NCBI GenBank assembly: GCA_965218425.1
Contig: OZ244621.1
Span: 3,008,001 to 3,072,000, forward strand
DNA length: 64,000 nt
Reading direction: 5' to 3'
Origin: an uncultured Candidatus Binatia bacterium
GTDB taxonomy: Bacteria > Desulfobacterota > Binatia > UBA9968 > CAXXLF01
Part shown: positions 10,104 through 19,353 of the stretch, one piece after another
How the letters are laid out: the number at the start of each line of letters is the position of its first letter
Numbering within the stretch: the first letter of the stretch is position 1
The notes under the pieces: model-generated
The model's input: the letters and a program-made list of their open reading frames with translations, nothing else
Database searches by the model: none
Told to the model about the DNA's origin: nothing
Made by a program: the position numbers and the translations under genes

Positions 10104-11372
10104 TTGGCCACAAGCATTTCACAAACCGCAGTGCCAAGGGCGGAGCCCGCGCCGCGCTTTGCGGCCCTGCGTAACCCAACATTCCGTCTTTACTGGTTGG
10201 CCACGGTCAGTTCCGCTCTAGGTGATATCTCTGAGGCGGTGATCCGAAACTGGCTGGTTTGGGAGTTGACCAAGTCGCCTTTTTGGCTGGGCATCGCAAA
10301 CTTCTGTCACTGGCTACCCTTCAGTCTCCTGTGCCTTCATGCCGGGGTGTGGGCCGACCGCGTTAACAATAGAAAACTGGTCCGACTGTCGGAGTTCTTT
10401 TACCTCGCTTCGGCCGTCGTCATGGGAGTGCTTGTCCTGGCTGGAGTCATTCAGCTTTGGATGGTTTTGGTGCTGTTGATCTTACATGGCACCGGCGGGG
10501 GAATGAGCCAGCCCAGCAGAATGGTGATAGTGCATAATATGGTGGGAAAAGAGGCGCTTCTCAATGCCGTCAGTTTGAGTTCCTCAGCGCGTCATTCCTT
10601 GCAGGTCATCGGGCCCCCATTGGCAGGTCTGGCCCTTGTATCCATTGGAGTGGGGTGGGCCTACCTCATCATTGGAATGCTCTTTTTGCCTCTCATCCTG
10701 ACTCTGGGCGCCATGCGAATCGCTGAAACCCCTCATACAACAGAGGGGGAGCCCGTATCCGCATGGCTGAGCCTTAAGGAAGGGCTTCACTATGCAAGGT
10801 CAAATCCGATACCGTCGAGCCTATTGGCTCTGGCGGCCGCCCCCACCATACTCATCGGTAGCAGCTTTCAATCCATGCTTCCTTATTTTACGGAAAAGGT
10901 GTTTGGCCTGGGAGCACAGGGGTACAGCTTCTTACTGGCGGCCACCGGGGTTGGGGCCATTTTGGGGGCTCTAGGATTGTCCTGCATGCGCAGTGTCACC
11001 CACAAAGGGGCCGTGGTGCTCGGGTTTACCCTTGCCTATGCATTATTCATTATCGCCTTCGCTTGTTTCTCCTGGTATGTACCCGTGGTTGCGGCGTCGC
11101 TCTTTCTGGTGGCTTATGGTTCATCCTTTGTCATTCATCAAGCCTCAATCAATACGCTCCTGCTAATGGTGGCGCCACAGGCCGTGCGCGGACGGGTCAT
11201 GGGACTTTACAGCATGTCGGTATTTGGTCTACAGATCTTTAACGGGCCTGCTGTGGGTACCCTGGCGGTCGTCATCGGCATGTCCTCCGCCTTGTCCATT
11301 GTTGGGGCGTTAATTGTCATGATTACTCTAACCATTACTCTGAAGGTTCCGGCCTTGAGACGATTGCAATAA
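10104..11372 (+). CDS. MFS transporter (DHA3/EntS-like, MFS_3)
   Basis: FAALRNPTFRLYW, WELTKSPFWLG, AGVWADRVN, RGRVMGLY; about 12 TM segments. Confidence 0.9.
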   Translation: MATSISQTAVPRAEPAPRFAALRNPTFRLYWLATVSSALGDISEAVIRNWLVWELTKSPFWLGIANFCHWLPFSLLCLHAGVWADRVNNRKLVRLSEFFYLASAVVMGVLVLAGVIQLWMVLVLLILHGTGGGMSQPSRMVIVHNMVGKEALLNAVSLSSSARHSLQVIGPPLAGLALVSIGVGWAYLIIGMLFLPLILTLGAMRIAETPHTTEGEPVSAWLSLKEGLHYARSNPIPSSLLALAAAPTILIGSSFQSMLPYFTEKVFGLGAQGYSFLLAATGVGAILGALGLSCMRSVTHKGAVVLGFTLAYALFIIAFACFSWYVPVVAASLFLVAYGSSFVIHQASINTLLLMVAPQAVRGRVMGLYSMSVFGLQIFNGPAVGTLAVVIGMSSALSIVGALIVMITLTITLKVPALRRLQ

Positions 11373-11434
11373 GCCCTGGCAGGGAAGATGCCGCCTATTC
11401 ATCTAAAATCTATTTATGGAAAGGAGTTGGAACC

Positions 11435-12178
11435 ATGCGCTTAAAAGATAAAGTCGCCATTATTACGGGAGGAGGTGGTAAGATTGGCAAAGCCTATGCT
11501 CTGGGAATGGCCAGGGAGGGGGCAAAGCTGTGTCTCCCTGACATGGTTGATGCCACTCCGGTGGTGAAGGCCATTACAGACGTTGGTGGGGAGGCTATGA
11601 CCGTCCAGTGCGATGTCTCCGATGAGAAGAGCGTTCAGTCCATGGTGGAGGCTACCGTAAAGCGATTTGGCAGGGTGGATATTCTCGTGAACAATGCAGC
11701 CTATTTCATGAACATCAAGAAGAGTCGCTTCTGGGAAATGGAGGTGGAAGAGTTCGACAAGGCCATGGCGGTGAACGTACGAGGGGTCTGGCTTTGCGCC
11801 AAGGCCGTTTTCCCGCATATGAAAAAACAATCCAAAGGAAAGATCATTAATATTTCCTCCGGTGTGGTCCTCAACGGTACTCCTGATTACGTGCACTACG
11901 TCTCCTCTAAGGGCGCGGTCATGGCCATGACCCGTGCCATGGCTCGAGAGTTGGGAGACTACGGGATTTGCGTCAACACCATTGCCCCGGGATTTGTGGT
12001 GACGGAGGGTCGAAATGTGACTCCCGAGCAAGTAAAGAGGGCCAACGAGCGGCGTAGCTTCAAGCGGTCACAGGTGGAGGGGGATTTGGTGGGGACCATG
12101 CTGTTTCTTGCCTCTTCGGAAAGCGATTTCATGACGGGGCAGCTCCTGTCAGTGGACGGGGGCACCAATTTTCTATAG
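11435..12178 (+). CDS. Classical short-chain dehydrogenase/reductase
   Basis: TGGGGKIG, NNA, YVSSK (YxxxK), VNTIAPG, VDGG. Confidence 0.92.
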   Translation: MRLKDKVAIITGGGGKIGKAYALGMAREGAKLCLPDMVDATPVVKAITDVGGEAMTVQCDVSDEKSVQSMVEATVKRFGRVDILVNNAAYFMNIKKSRFWEMEVEEFDKAMAVNVRGVWLCAKAVFPHMKKQSKGKIINISSGVVLNGTPDYVHYVSSKGAVMAMTRAMARELGDYGICVNTIAPGFVVTEGRNVTPEQVKRANERRSFKRSQVEGDLVGTMLFLASSESDFMTGQLLSVDGGTNFL

Positions 12179-12215
12179 AGTCTAACCCAATTCAAAACGA
12201 AAAGGAGATTACCCT

Positions 12216-13241
12216 ATGGCAAAGGGATACGTTGACGCCGATGGTCATGTCATGGAAAACGAACAGGAGTTGAACGAATTCATTGAAGCCCCATTCAACA
12301 ATCGTTATGTCTCCGCGCGTCTGATGCTTCCGAGCCTCGACGAGTTTCATACCCCCAACGCTCGCCCGCGCCAGCCCGGAACCTTCGATCCGACTGTTGG
12401 GCCTGAAAGATGGCTTGAGTTCCTGGATAGGACGGACACCGATCATTCGGTGCTGTATCCCACCCTAGGGTTGGCCTATGGTCATGTGGTTTATCCTGAT
12501 TGGGCAACGGCCTTTGCCAAGGCTTACAACAATTGGCTGAGTGAAAAGTATTTGAGATTTAGCCCCCGCTTCAAGGGTATCGCACTCATCCCGATGCAGG
12601 ACGTTCCCAGCGCCGTGGCCGAGCTGAAGAGGGCAATGAAAGAACCTGGAATGGTCGGAGCCATGATCCCCTCCAACGGTCTCAAGAGGCATGTCAGCGC
12701 CCGGGAGTTCTGGCCCATTTACGAAGAGGCGGAAAGGCTGGATTGTGTGATGGCCGTGCATGGTGGGAGTTACAGCGACCTGGGGTTCAATACCTTTACG
12801 GTTTTCCCGCCCACCAGGGCGTTGGGGATGCCTGTCCCCTTGGCCATTGCAATGACGGGCATGATCGCGGACGGAGTGTTCGATCGATTCCCCAAGCTCC
12901 GGGTGGGGTTTTTAGAGGGAGGAACCAGCTGGATTCCAATGGTAATCGACCGGTTGGAGCGGGAGGTGGAGTATGGGGGGCTGCGCCTGAAGAGTTCCCC
13001 GGAGGATTATTTTCGCAACGGTAGAGTGTTTGTGGGGTGCGAAGGCAATGAGAAGGCCTTGGCCTATTCCATTGACCGCATCGGGCATGAGCCGTTTATG
13101 TTTGCTTCCGACTACCCCCACGAAATTGCCGCGGACAACGCCATGGGTGAGATTGATGAAATACTGGAGCGCAAGGACCTGAAAGAAGAACATAAGGCGG
13201 CGATCCTGGGGGAAAACGCCAAGAAGTTTTACAAGATTTGA
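12216..13241 (+). CDS. Amidohydrolase_2 family protein (decarboxylase/hydratase-like)
   Basis: DADGH, AYNNW, AVHGG, GVFDRFPKL..FLEGG, FASDYPH. Confidence 0.9.
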   Translation: MAKGYVDADGHVMENEQELNEFIEAPFNNRYVSARLMLPSLDEFHTPNARPRQPGTFDPTVGPERWLEFLDRTDTDHSVLYPTLGLAYGHVVYPDWATAFAKAYNNWLSEKYLRFSPRFKGIALIPMQDVPSAVAELKRAMKEPGMVGAMIPSNGLKRHVSAREFWPIYEEAERLDCVMAVHGGSYSDLGFNTFTVFPPTRALGMPVPLAIAMTGMIADGVFDRFPKLRVGFLEGGTSWIPMVIDRLEREVEYGGLRLKSSPEDYFRNGRVFVGCEGNEKALAYSIDRIGHEPFMFASDYPHEIAADNAMGEIDEILERKDLKEEHKAAILGENAKKFYKI

Positions 13242-13278
13242 AGGATCGACTTCAAGGCGATCATAGGGAGTGGTAATC

Positions 13279-14457
13279 GTGGCCACACATTCCTTCGATT
13301 TTGCCCGCACGGGACCCGACACCTTGGCCGGACAGTATCTGCGAAAGTTCTGGCATCCGGTCTACCGATCTCAAGATTTATCGCCCGGCAGGATGGTTCC
13401 CATACAAATCATGAGTGAAAGGTTCACGCTCTACAGGGGAGAGACGGGGACTCCCCACGTGATTGCATTTCGATGCGCCCATCGTGGAACTCAGCTATCC
13501 ACCGGTTGGGTCGAAGGGGACTCTGTTCGATGCCGTTATCATGGGTGGAAATACGATGGCTCCGGACAGTGTGTGGAACAGCCGGGTGAGGAGGAGTCTT
13601 GCGCCCCCAAGGTCCAGATTCGCAGCTACCCCACGAAGGAGTACCTAGGTCATATCTTTGCTTATCTCGGTGAAGGTGAAACCCCGCCTCTGAGGCGGTT
13701 CCCAGATTTTGAAAGGCCAGGTATTGTGGAAGCGGCGACCCCGGAGATCTGGCCCTGCAACTATTTCAGCCGGATTGAAAACGATCCAAACCACGTGCCG
13801 TTTGTCCATCGGGAGTCCCTGTTGCGAGCAGGTCGCACTGAACGACTCTTTCCACGCAAGGTTTCAGCCGAAGAGACGGAGTACGGTGTTAGAATGGGCA
13901 TGAGCGTCCCCGGAGAACCGCAAGCCTTTCTTCATTTCCACATGCCGAATATCATACAGTCGAGATCACGAGTCCGGGTAGAAGGCTCGCAGGAGGACGT
14001 GAATACCCTATGGGCGGACCGTTATCTCATGCATGTCCCCATTGACGATGAAAGTAATGTTACCTTTATCGCCGATTGGATCCCCGTTATCGGCACGGCG
14101 GCACAGAGCTATCAAAATCGGCGCCTTCAGGCGCGGAAAACCATGAGTGTCTCTCCAAATCAAATTGGGGAAGCCGTTTTAGCCGGGAAAATGCGTATCG
14201 AGGACATGGATAGAGAGACTCCTACTTATTACTCATTTTGGGTGGAGGATTACGTGTCCCTGGTGGGGCAGGGCCCCATTGCCGACCGCGCCCAGGAGCA
14301 ACTCATCCAAGCGGATATAGGAGTTGTGTTCATACGCAAGATTTGGGAGCGTGAGCTTCGCGCGCTGGCAGAAGGACTCCCCCTCAAAGAGTGGACCACG
14401 CCGCCAGGGCTGGCAGATCAGAGCGTGGTTGCGGCTCCCCAGCGGATTTCCACGTGA
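13279..14457 (+). CDS. Rieske non-heme iron oxygenase alpha subunit (third paralog)
   Basis: CAHRG...CRYHGW; ENDPNHVPFVH; EDYVSLVGQG. GTG 13279 fits the GGGAG RBS spacing. Confidence 0.92.
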   Translation: MATHSFDFARTGPDTLAGQYLRKFWHPVYRSQDLSPGRMVPIQIMSERFTLYRGETGTPHVIAFRCAHRGTQLSTGWVEGDSVRCRYHGWKYDGSGQCVEQPGEEESCAPKVQIRSYPTKEYLGHIFAYLGEGETPPLRRFPDFERPGIVEAATPEIWPCNYFSRIENDPNHVPFVHRESLLRAGRTERLFPRKVSAEETEYGVRMGMSVPGEPQAFLHFHMPNIIQSRSRVRVEGSQEDVNTLWADRYLMHVPIDDESNVTFIADWIPVIGTAAQSYQNRRLQARKTMSVSPNQIGEAVLAGKMRIEDMDRETPTYYSFWVEDYVSLVGQGPIADRAQEQLIQADIGVVFIRKIWERELRALAEGLPLKEWTTPPGLADQSVVAAPQRIST

Positions 14458-14586
14458 CGCTATCTATTAAGAGATGTATTGCTCGATTTGCTCGTGTATT
14501 AGTTCAAGTGTCTGGTTGGGTAATGACAGGGGCGACGTTATTTTTATCGGCGTAAAATCCCCCACGGCTTTTCAAGGAGTGTAGTT

Positions 14587-16008
14587 ATGGGTATCTACGA
14601 TCTTCATTCCTTCTTGGATGAATACGAGCGAGATTTCCCGGATGAGGTGGTGCATATCGAAGAACCCCTGAACGCCGCCTGGGAGATCACCGCGTTGGCC
14701 ACAAAGATGGAAAAAGCCAAACGGTTTCCTGTGATCATCTGCCATAACGTTATGGTGGAAGGCCGACGGATGGAAATGCCGCTGGTCACTTTTCTCATGG
14801 CCAGCCGAATTCGGTTGGCCCGTGCCTTGGGAACGGACATACAACAGGCGGGGGTCGCCTGCTACCAACGAGTGCAGGAGAGACGGAAGCCGCAAGTGGT
14901 TCCTCGTGGTGATGCACCGGTGAAAGAGGTGGTGGAAAAGGGCTCAAATGTGGATGTTCAGGGCTTTCCCGCCCCCCTGCACCACCGCATGGATCCGGGT
15001 CGGTACATTACGGAGGGACTGTTTCTCACACAAAACCGCAATTCTCGGTTGGACAACTCAGCCATGCATCGGGGATGGTTGTATGGGAGTGATGAAATTC
15101 AAGTATTCCTGGGGCGAAACTCCCATAATGCGGACAACCTCAGGCAGTACGAGCAGGCGGGTGAGGATATGCCCGCTGCCTACTGGGTGGGACACCATCC
15201 CCTGGTCCTGCTGGGAGCGGCAACCCATGTGGGGCCGGATGAGAGCCATTTCGAGACCGCGGGTGGTACCGTTGGTTCACCCCTTAGGCTCGTGCCGTCC
15301 GAAACCCTGGGTGAGGACTTTCTGGTGCCAGCCGATGCGGAGATCGTAATTGAGGGGTATGTCCCCAAGGGCAGTCGCAGGCCGGAGGGCCCCTTTGGTG
15401 AATACACCCGGTACGTTGGCCCCCAGCGTTGGAATCCGACCTTCAAGGTAACGGCAGTGACCCGTCGTCGCAATGCCTTTTGGGATGACGTCATGGTGGG
15501 CCATACCCATTGGATCACTAGCCTCAGCCGCGAAGGCGTCATCCTCCGAGCCATACGAAGCATCGTTCCTGGAGCGCGTGCCGTTCACCTGCCCATGTCA
15601 GGTGGTGGAGGTGTGCACGTTTACGTGCAAATTCGTAAGACTGTGGAGGGACAAGGTAAGGCTGCAGCCGTGGCGGCACTGTCATCAGGATTCGGGCATA
15701 AGCATGTGTTCGTGTTTGACGAGGATGTTGACATCTTCGATGAGAAAGAGGTGCTGCTGGCGGTTGCCATGCGGTTTCAGGCGGATCGCGGATTGATTGT
15801 GTTGCCCGGATTGACCGGCGGGGTGCTTGACCCCAGCTCTCCGGACGGAACCACCGCCACCAAGATGGGTTTTGACTGTACCAAGCCTGTGGGCACGGCC
15901 TTCGCAGAGCGTCTTTCGGTACCCCCAGAAGTATTGCAAAAGATTGACCCCTTAAAGCTGCTAAGCCGCGAGAAGTGGGAGCGTATCCCAGTGGAGCCGT
16001 GGGGCTGA
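14587..16008 (+). CDS. UbiD-family prFMN-dependent (de)carboxylase
   Basis: DPGRYIT, PADAEIVIEG, EGPFGEY, VFDEDVDIFD, LDPS, KMGFDCT. Confidence 0.92.
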   Translation: MGIYDLHSFLDEYERDFPDEVVHIEEPLNAAWEITALATKMEKAKRFPVIICHNVMVEGRRMEMPLVTFLMASRIRLARALGTDIQQAGVACYQRVQERRKPQVVPRGDAPVKEVVEKGSNVDVQGFPAPLHHRMDPGRYITEGLFLTQNRNSRLDNSAMHRGWLYGSDEIQVFLGRNSHNADNLRQYEQAGEDMPAAYWVGHHPLVLLGAATHVGPDESHFETAGGTVGSPLRLVPSETLGEDFLVPADAEIVIEGYVPKGSRRPEGPFGEYTRYVGPQRWNPTFKVTAVTRRRNAFWDDVMVGHTHWITSLSREGVILRAIRSIVPGARAVHLPMSGGGGVHVYVQIRKTVEGQGKAAAVAALSSGFGHKHVFVFDEDVDIFDEKEVLLAVAMRFQADRGLIVLPGLTGGVLDPSSPDGTTATKMGFDCTKPVGTAFAERLSVPPEVLQKIDPLKLLSREKWERIPVEPWG

Positions 16009-16152
16009 GGTGGAGCGGAACCCTGCCAGCCTTGACTCGTCTCAAGGCGGTGTGCTATGCGAAGTTGAATTCAATAGAACTTTTGTAACTCAGAGGAGTT
16101 AGTCTTGCCTGCGCCATTGGCCGGGTGATTTCATCGGCCGGAGAGACGCTTC

Positions 16153-16686
16153 ATGGAGAGAGAAAGAGTCAGAGAGAAAGAGCCGGTACAAAAAGACCGG
16201 GGAGAGCACTACGAAAACATTCTGAGACTCAACGCAGAGGCCAGGGATCGTGCCCGAAATGGAAAAATCGTTATCAAGGCCAATGAACGGCCCTGGTACC
16301 AGTGCAGACAGGGTTTGATCAAACAATACCTTTCCTGGCACGACATGGAAGACTCCGCCGCAACGGACTGGTCCTGTTTTGTTCATGATATCAAGCGTCA
16401 TTCAGGCAAACACCGACACCAGGGTGGATTCAATCTATTTGTACTCGAAGGTGAAGGGATGACTGAAGTGGATGACCAGACAGTGGAGTGGGAGAAATGG
16501 GACCTGATACTGTTGCCGGTTAAACCGGGTGGGTGCGTTCACAAACATTACAACAAAGTCGAAGGAGAACCGGCCAAGTGGATGGCTTTCAAATACAATA
16601 CCTTTTCACAGGTTTTGGGCAGTATGTTTGATCAGGTGGAAAACTCGCCGGATTATAAAGGGGAGAAAAAAGCATCATCGGCATGA
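16153..16686 (+). CDS. Small cupin (MERERVREKEP family)
   Basis: HSGKHRHQGG..FVLEGEG..HKH. Confidence 0.85.
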   Translation: MERERVREKEPVQKDRGEHYENILRLNAEARDRARNGKIVIKANERPWYQCRQGLIKQYLSWHDMEDSAATDWSCFVHDIKRHSGKHRHQGGFNLFVLEGEGMTEVDDQTVEWEKWDLILLPVKPGGCVHKHYNKVEGEPAKWMAFKYNTFSQVLGSMFDQVENSPDYKGEKKASSA

Positions 16687-16733
16687 TTTAGTTGGAATTT
16701 TAGCACAGTAGAAGTCAGCAGGGAGGTTCCTAG

Positions 16734-17219
16734 ATGGCAAAAGACTTACTCGATAATCTGTTTTCGAAACGGGATGCCTGGCGCAAGAAGATGGAAGGTG
16801 CCAGGGCCTTGATCAAGTGGAAGGATCTCAAGTGGGAGATTAACAAACAAGGCAGGTTCAAGTGGTATCTTCACCCGGATATTGAAGATATTGCCAGCCC
16901 GGCCCATTTGTTTTTTATGCAGGAGATCCTCCCCGGGAGCCGCAGCGGGAAGCAGAAGGTCCAGGGGGGGATTGTACACCACATCCTGGAAGGAAACGGT
17001 TACACCATCGTAGATGGGGTGAAACATGACTGGGAAGCCGGAGATGTGGTGGCGTTGCCATTTCTACCCGACGGCTTGGAGTATCAACACTTCAATTCCG
17101 ACCCGGAAAAGTCAGTAATGCTAGTGGCAGCCATGCCCAACTTCTTCGACGTTTTCGGGGTGGACATGGGATCGGGTTTTGAACAACTCGAGGCCTGTCC
17201 CGAGTATCAGGCCGGCTAG
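16734..17219 (+). CDS. Cupin partner protein lacking the HxH metal motif
   Basis: SRSGKQKVQGG aligns to HSGKHRHQGG; HILEGNG..WEAGD..YQH. Confidence 0.8.
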   Translation: MAKDLLDNLFSKRDAWRKKMEGARALIKWKDLKWEINKQGRFKWYLHPDIEDIASPAHLFFMQEILPGSRSGKQKVQGGIVHHILEGNGYTIVDGVKHDWEAGDVVALPFLPDGLEYQHFNSDPEKSVMLVAAMPNFFDVFGVDMGSGFEQLEACPEYQAG

Positions 17220-17478
17220 GGTCTATTACTCTCAGCTGTTTTCGACGGGAAAGCGCGGGGTGGTCCCTTTTCTCAGTTGGTCTTGTGGTTCGCGGAGCGG
17301 AAGACCATCTGACCTTTTTAAGGCAACACCTTCGCCGTCTCCATACTTAACCGCCATTGGAATCAGTGAACCTGACCCACGGGTTTGTATGAAATCCGAG
17401 GGTCTCGGCCGGATTGTATGGGTGTCGAGTTGTGTGTTTGGAATGCCGGCAATAAATTCATGCGGCATAAGCTAGTTT

Positions 17479-19029
17479 ATGCATTTGGAAACATCCATTG
17501 CTGAGCCTCAGTTCCCGGCGTTCAATCTTCACGAGGGGCACTGGGACGAAGATGAGTTCTCAGAGGCCATGGACATCGCCCTGGGTGATGAATTTCTCTA
17601 CGGCAAGACCGACCTGGTCAAGGTTACCAGTATGGGCGTGCACATCGGCTCGGCAACGACCCATCTTGGAATCAGCAAGCTTTCTTTGCGCAAAGGCGGC
17701 AAGAATCTATCCAGTAAATCTGTGGTCAAAAGCAGAGAGATCTTTTACGAGTCTGCGGTGATTTCGACCCCGTTTCAAGATGACGGGCAGCTCCATGGGA
17801 AACAACTGAAAGCGTTTATTGAAAGTTCTTATAACGAGGCCCGCCTTGTGGGTCATCTGATCGAGACCGGAGTGGTGGTGATGAGTGGTAAGGCGACTGG
17901 GCCGAAAAATCTATCCGTGGTTGAAGAAGTGTTGGGACAGGAAAAGAGTCGGCTTCTTTTTGTTTCAGAGGGTTTGAAATTGCAGGCCATGCTGGCCGCA
18001 TTGGGGGCGGGAGCCGTGGAAAAATCCGGCAATGAGAAAAAAAGAGTCCTCAACGTGGACCTTGGAGCCGACGGAATCAGATTCGCATGGGTGGCCAATG
18101 GGTCCTTTGAGAATTTTTACTTTACCCGGGCCGGGGCGAAGGTGCTGGACATGGATGAGCAGGGGGAATTGACTCATTTGAGTGAGACGGGGCAGAAGAT
18201 AGCGGCTCAACTAGGTCTCAAGCTGCAGGCGGGCAAGCCGGTATCACGTTCCGAGAAACAGGCGCTGGGCAGGTTTCTGGCCGAGACCTTGCTTGACTAC
18301 CTGGAGGGGGAAAGTGTCTCAGAAAAAGGTAAGATCATATTCGACTCGACTCCTCCGCCCTTGGACAAGGTGGATTTCGTCCAGTTCTCCGGTGGGGTGG
18401 CTGAGTTTGTCTATGGTTACGAGAGTCAACCAGGAGTAGACGTTGGCTTTGATTGGGGAACCGCAATTCGTAAACGAGCACCCAGACTGGGTGTCAAAAT
18501 GGGAGTGCTGACACCCGGAAACCGGGTGCGTGCAACTCCGGTGGGGGTAGCCCTTTACTCGACTCCTGTGCCCCCTGAATCTTTCTTCTGCTCCCATGGC
18601 CATGTCCATGGTTTGAAAAATCTATTGGTGGTTTCTCCAAAGTTTGAGCCGGGATTGAAGAATGCAGAGGGCACCCAAAAAGAGATTGAAAAGGCACTCT
18701 CCCGTTTTGAGCTTCTTAACGGCTCGAGACAACCCTTTGCCTTGTCCATGGATTTGGTTGAAGGGCAGGACTCCGATGAGGCCGTCACCATGGGACTTTC
18801 CTCTGCCCTGGGCCATCTGTGGAATCATGACTTCCCCCTGGTCTTGGTGGGTGAATCGGATGCGCCATGTCGCCTCGCCAGAGAACTGGCCGCTCGAAAT
18901 CCGGATAACAATGGTAGTTTCATCGGGTTGAGTGGGCTCCATGCACACGATATGGACTTCATTGAAGTCCGAAACGCGGATCCAAATGGTGAGGTGCCGG
19001 TGCTGGTTCGTTCCATGGTGTTTCGGTGA
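17479..19029 (+). CDS. EutA-like (ethanolamine ammonia-lyase reactivase family) actin-fold protein with degenerate motifs
   Basis: SMGVHIGSATTH (EutA: SVGIDIGTTTT), Y.S.V..TP, TGVVVMSG, MLAALGAGA, NVDLG, FSGGVAE, RATPVG, C-terminal VPVLVRSMVF. Confidence 0.75.
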   Translation: MHLETSIAEPQFPAFNLHEGHWDEDEFSEAMDIALGDEFLYGKTDLVKVTSMGVHIGSATTHLGISKLSLRKGGKNLSSKSVVKSREIFYESAVISTPFQDDGQLHGKQLKAFIESSYNEARLVGHLIETGVVVMSGKATGPKNLSVVEEVLGQEKSRLLFVSEGLKLQAMLAALGAGAVEKSGNEKKRVLNVDLGADGIRFAWVANGSFENFYFTRAGAKVLDMDEQGELTHLSETGQKIAAQLGLKLQAGKPVSRSEKQALGRFLAETLLDYLEGESVSEKGKIIFDSTPPPLDKVDFVQFSGGVAEFVYGYESQPGVDVGFDWGTAIRKRAPRLGVKMGVLTPGNRVRATPVGVALYSTPVPPESFFCSHGHVHGLKNLLVVSPKFEPGLKNAEGTQKEIEKALSRFELLNGSRQPFALSMDLVEGQDSDEAVTMGLSSALGHLWNHDFPLVLVGESDAPCRLARELAARNPDNNGSFIGLSGLHAHDMDFIEVRNADPNGEVPVLVRSMVFR

Positions 19030-19110
19030 TGGCCGCAACTCGTAACGAGAGAGTGCTTTTATTGAATTTGATCAATAGAATGCTAAATGGGATGAATTTG
19101 AGAAAATTTT

Positions 19111-19265
19111 TTGCGTTAAGACGCCAAGGCGCAAAGAAAAAATTTTTGTTGTTTCCAATCTTGGCGTGCTTTGTGGTTCGACCAGGCTCGCCACCCTGAG
19201 TCCATCGAAGGGCGTCTTTGCCCCTCGATTCCCCTTGGGGTCCTGAGGCTCTCGAAGGACGCGAG
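19111..19265. repeat. Inverted REP-like pair with two nested 39-nt inserts
   Basis: Host CTTGGCGTGCTTTG^CGTCTTTG^CGCGAG carries inserts at 19174-19212 and 19221-19259. Inverted partner at 19111-19136. Confidence 0.75.
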
Positions 19266-19353
19266 CCGTCTTGTTCCGGATTCGGAACGCCGGTTTAGAG
19301 CTCACAGGTGAATTTACATATAGCTAGGACAGCAAAATGAGGGAGGAAGGTTC

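Noticed and set aside
17232..17475. Short ORFs between the cupin pair and the EutA-like gene
   Set aside because: No RBS, motif or paralog support; left unannotated.
17479..19029. Ethanolamine utilisation locus
   Set aside because: No eutB/eutC, microcompartment shell or cobalamin genes are in the window.
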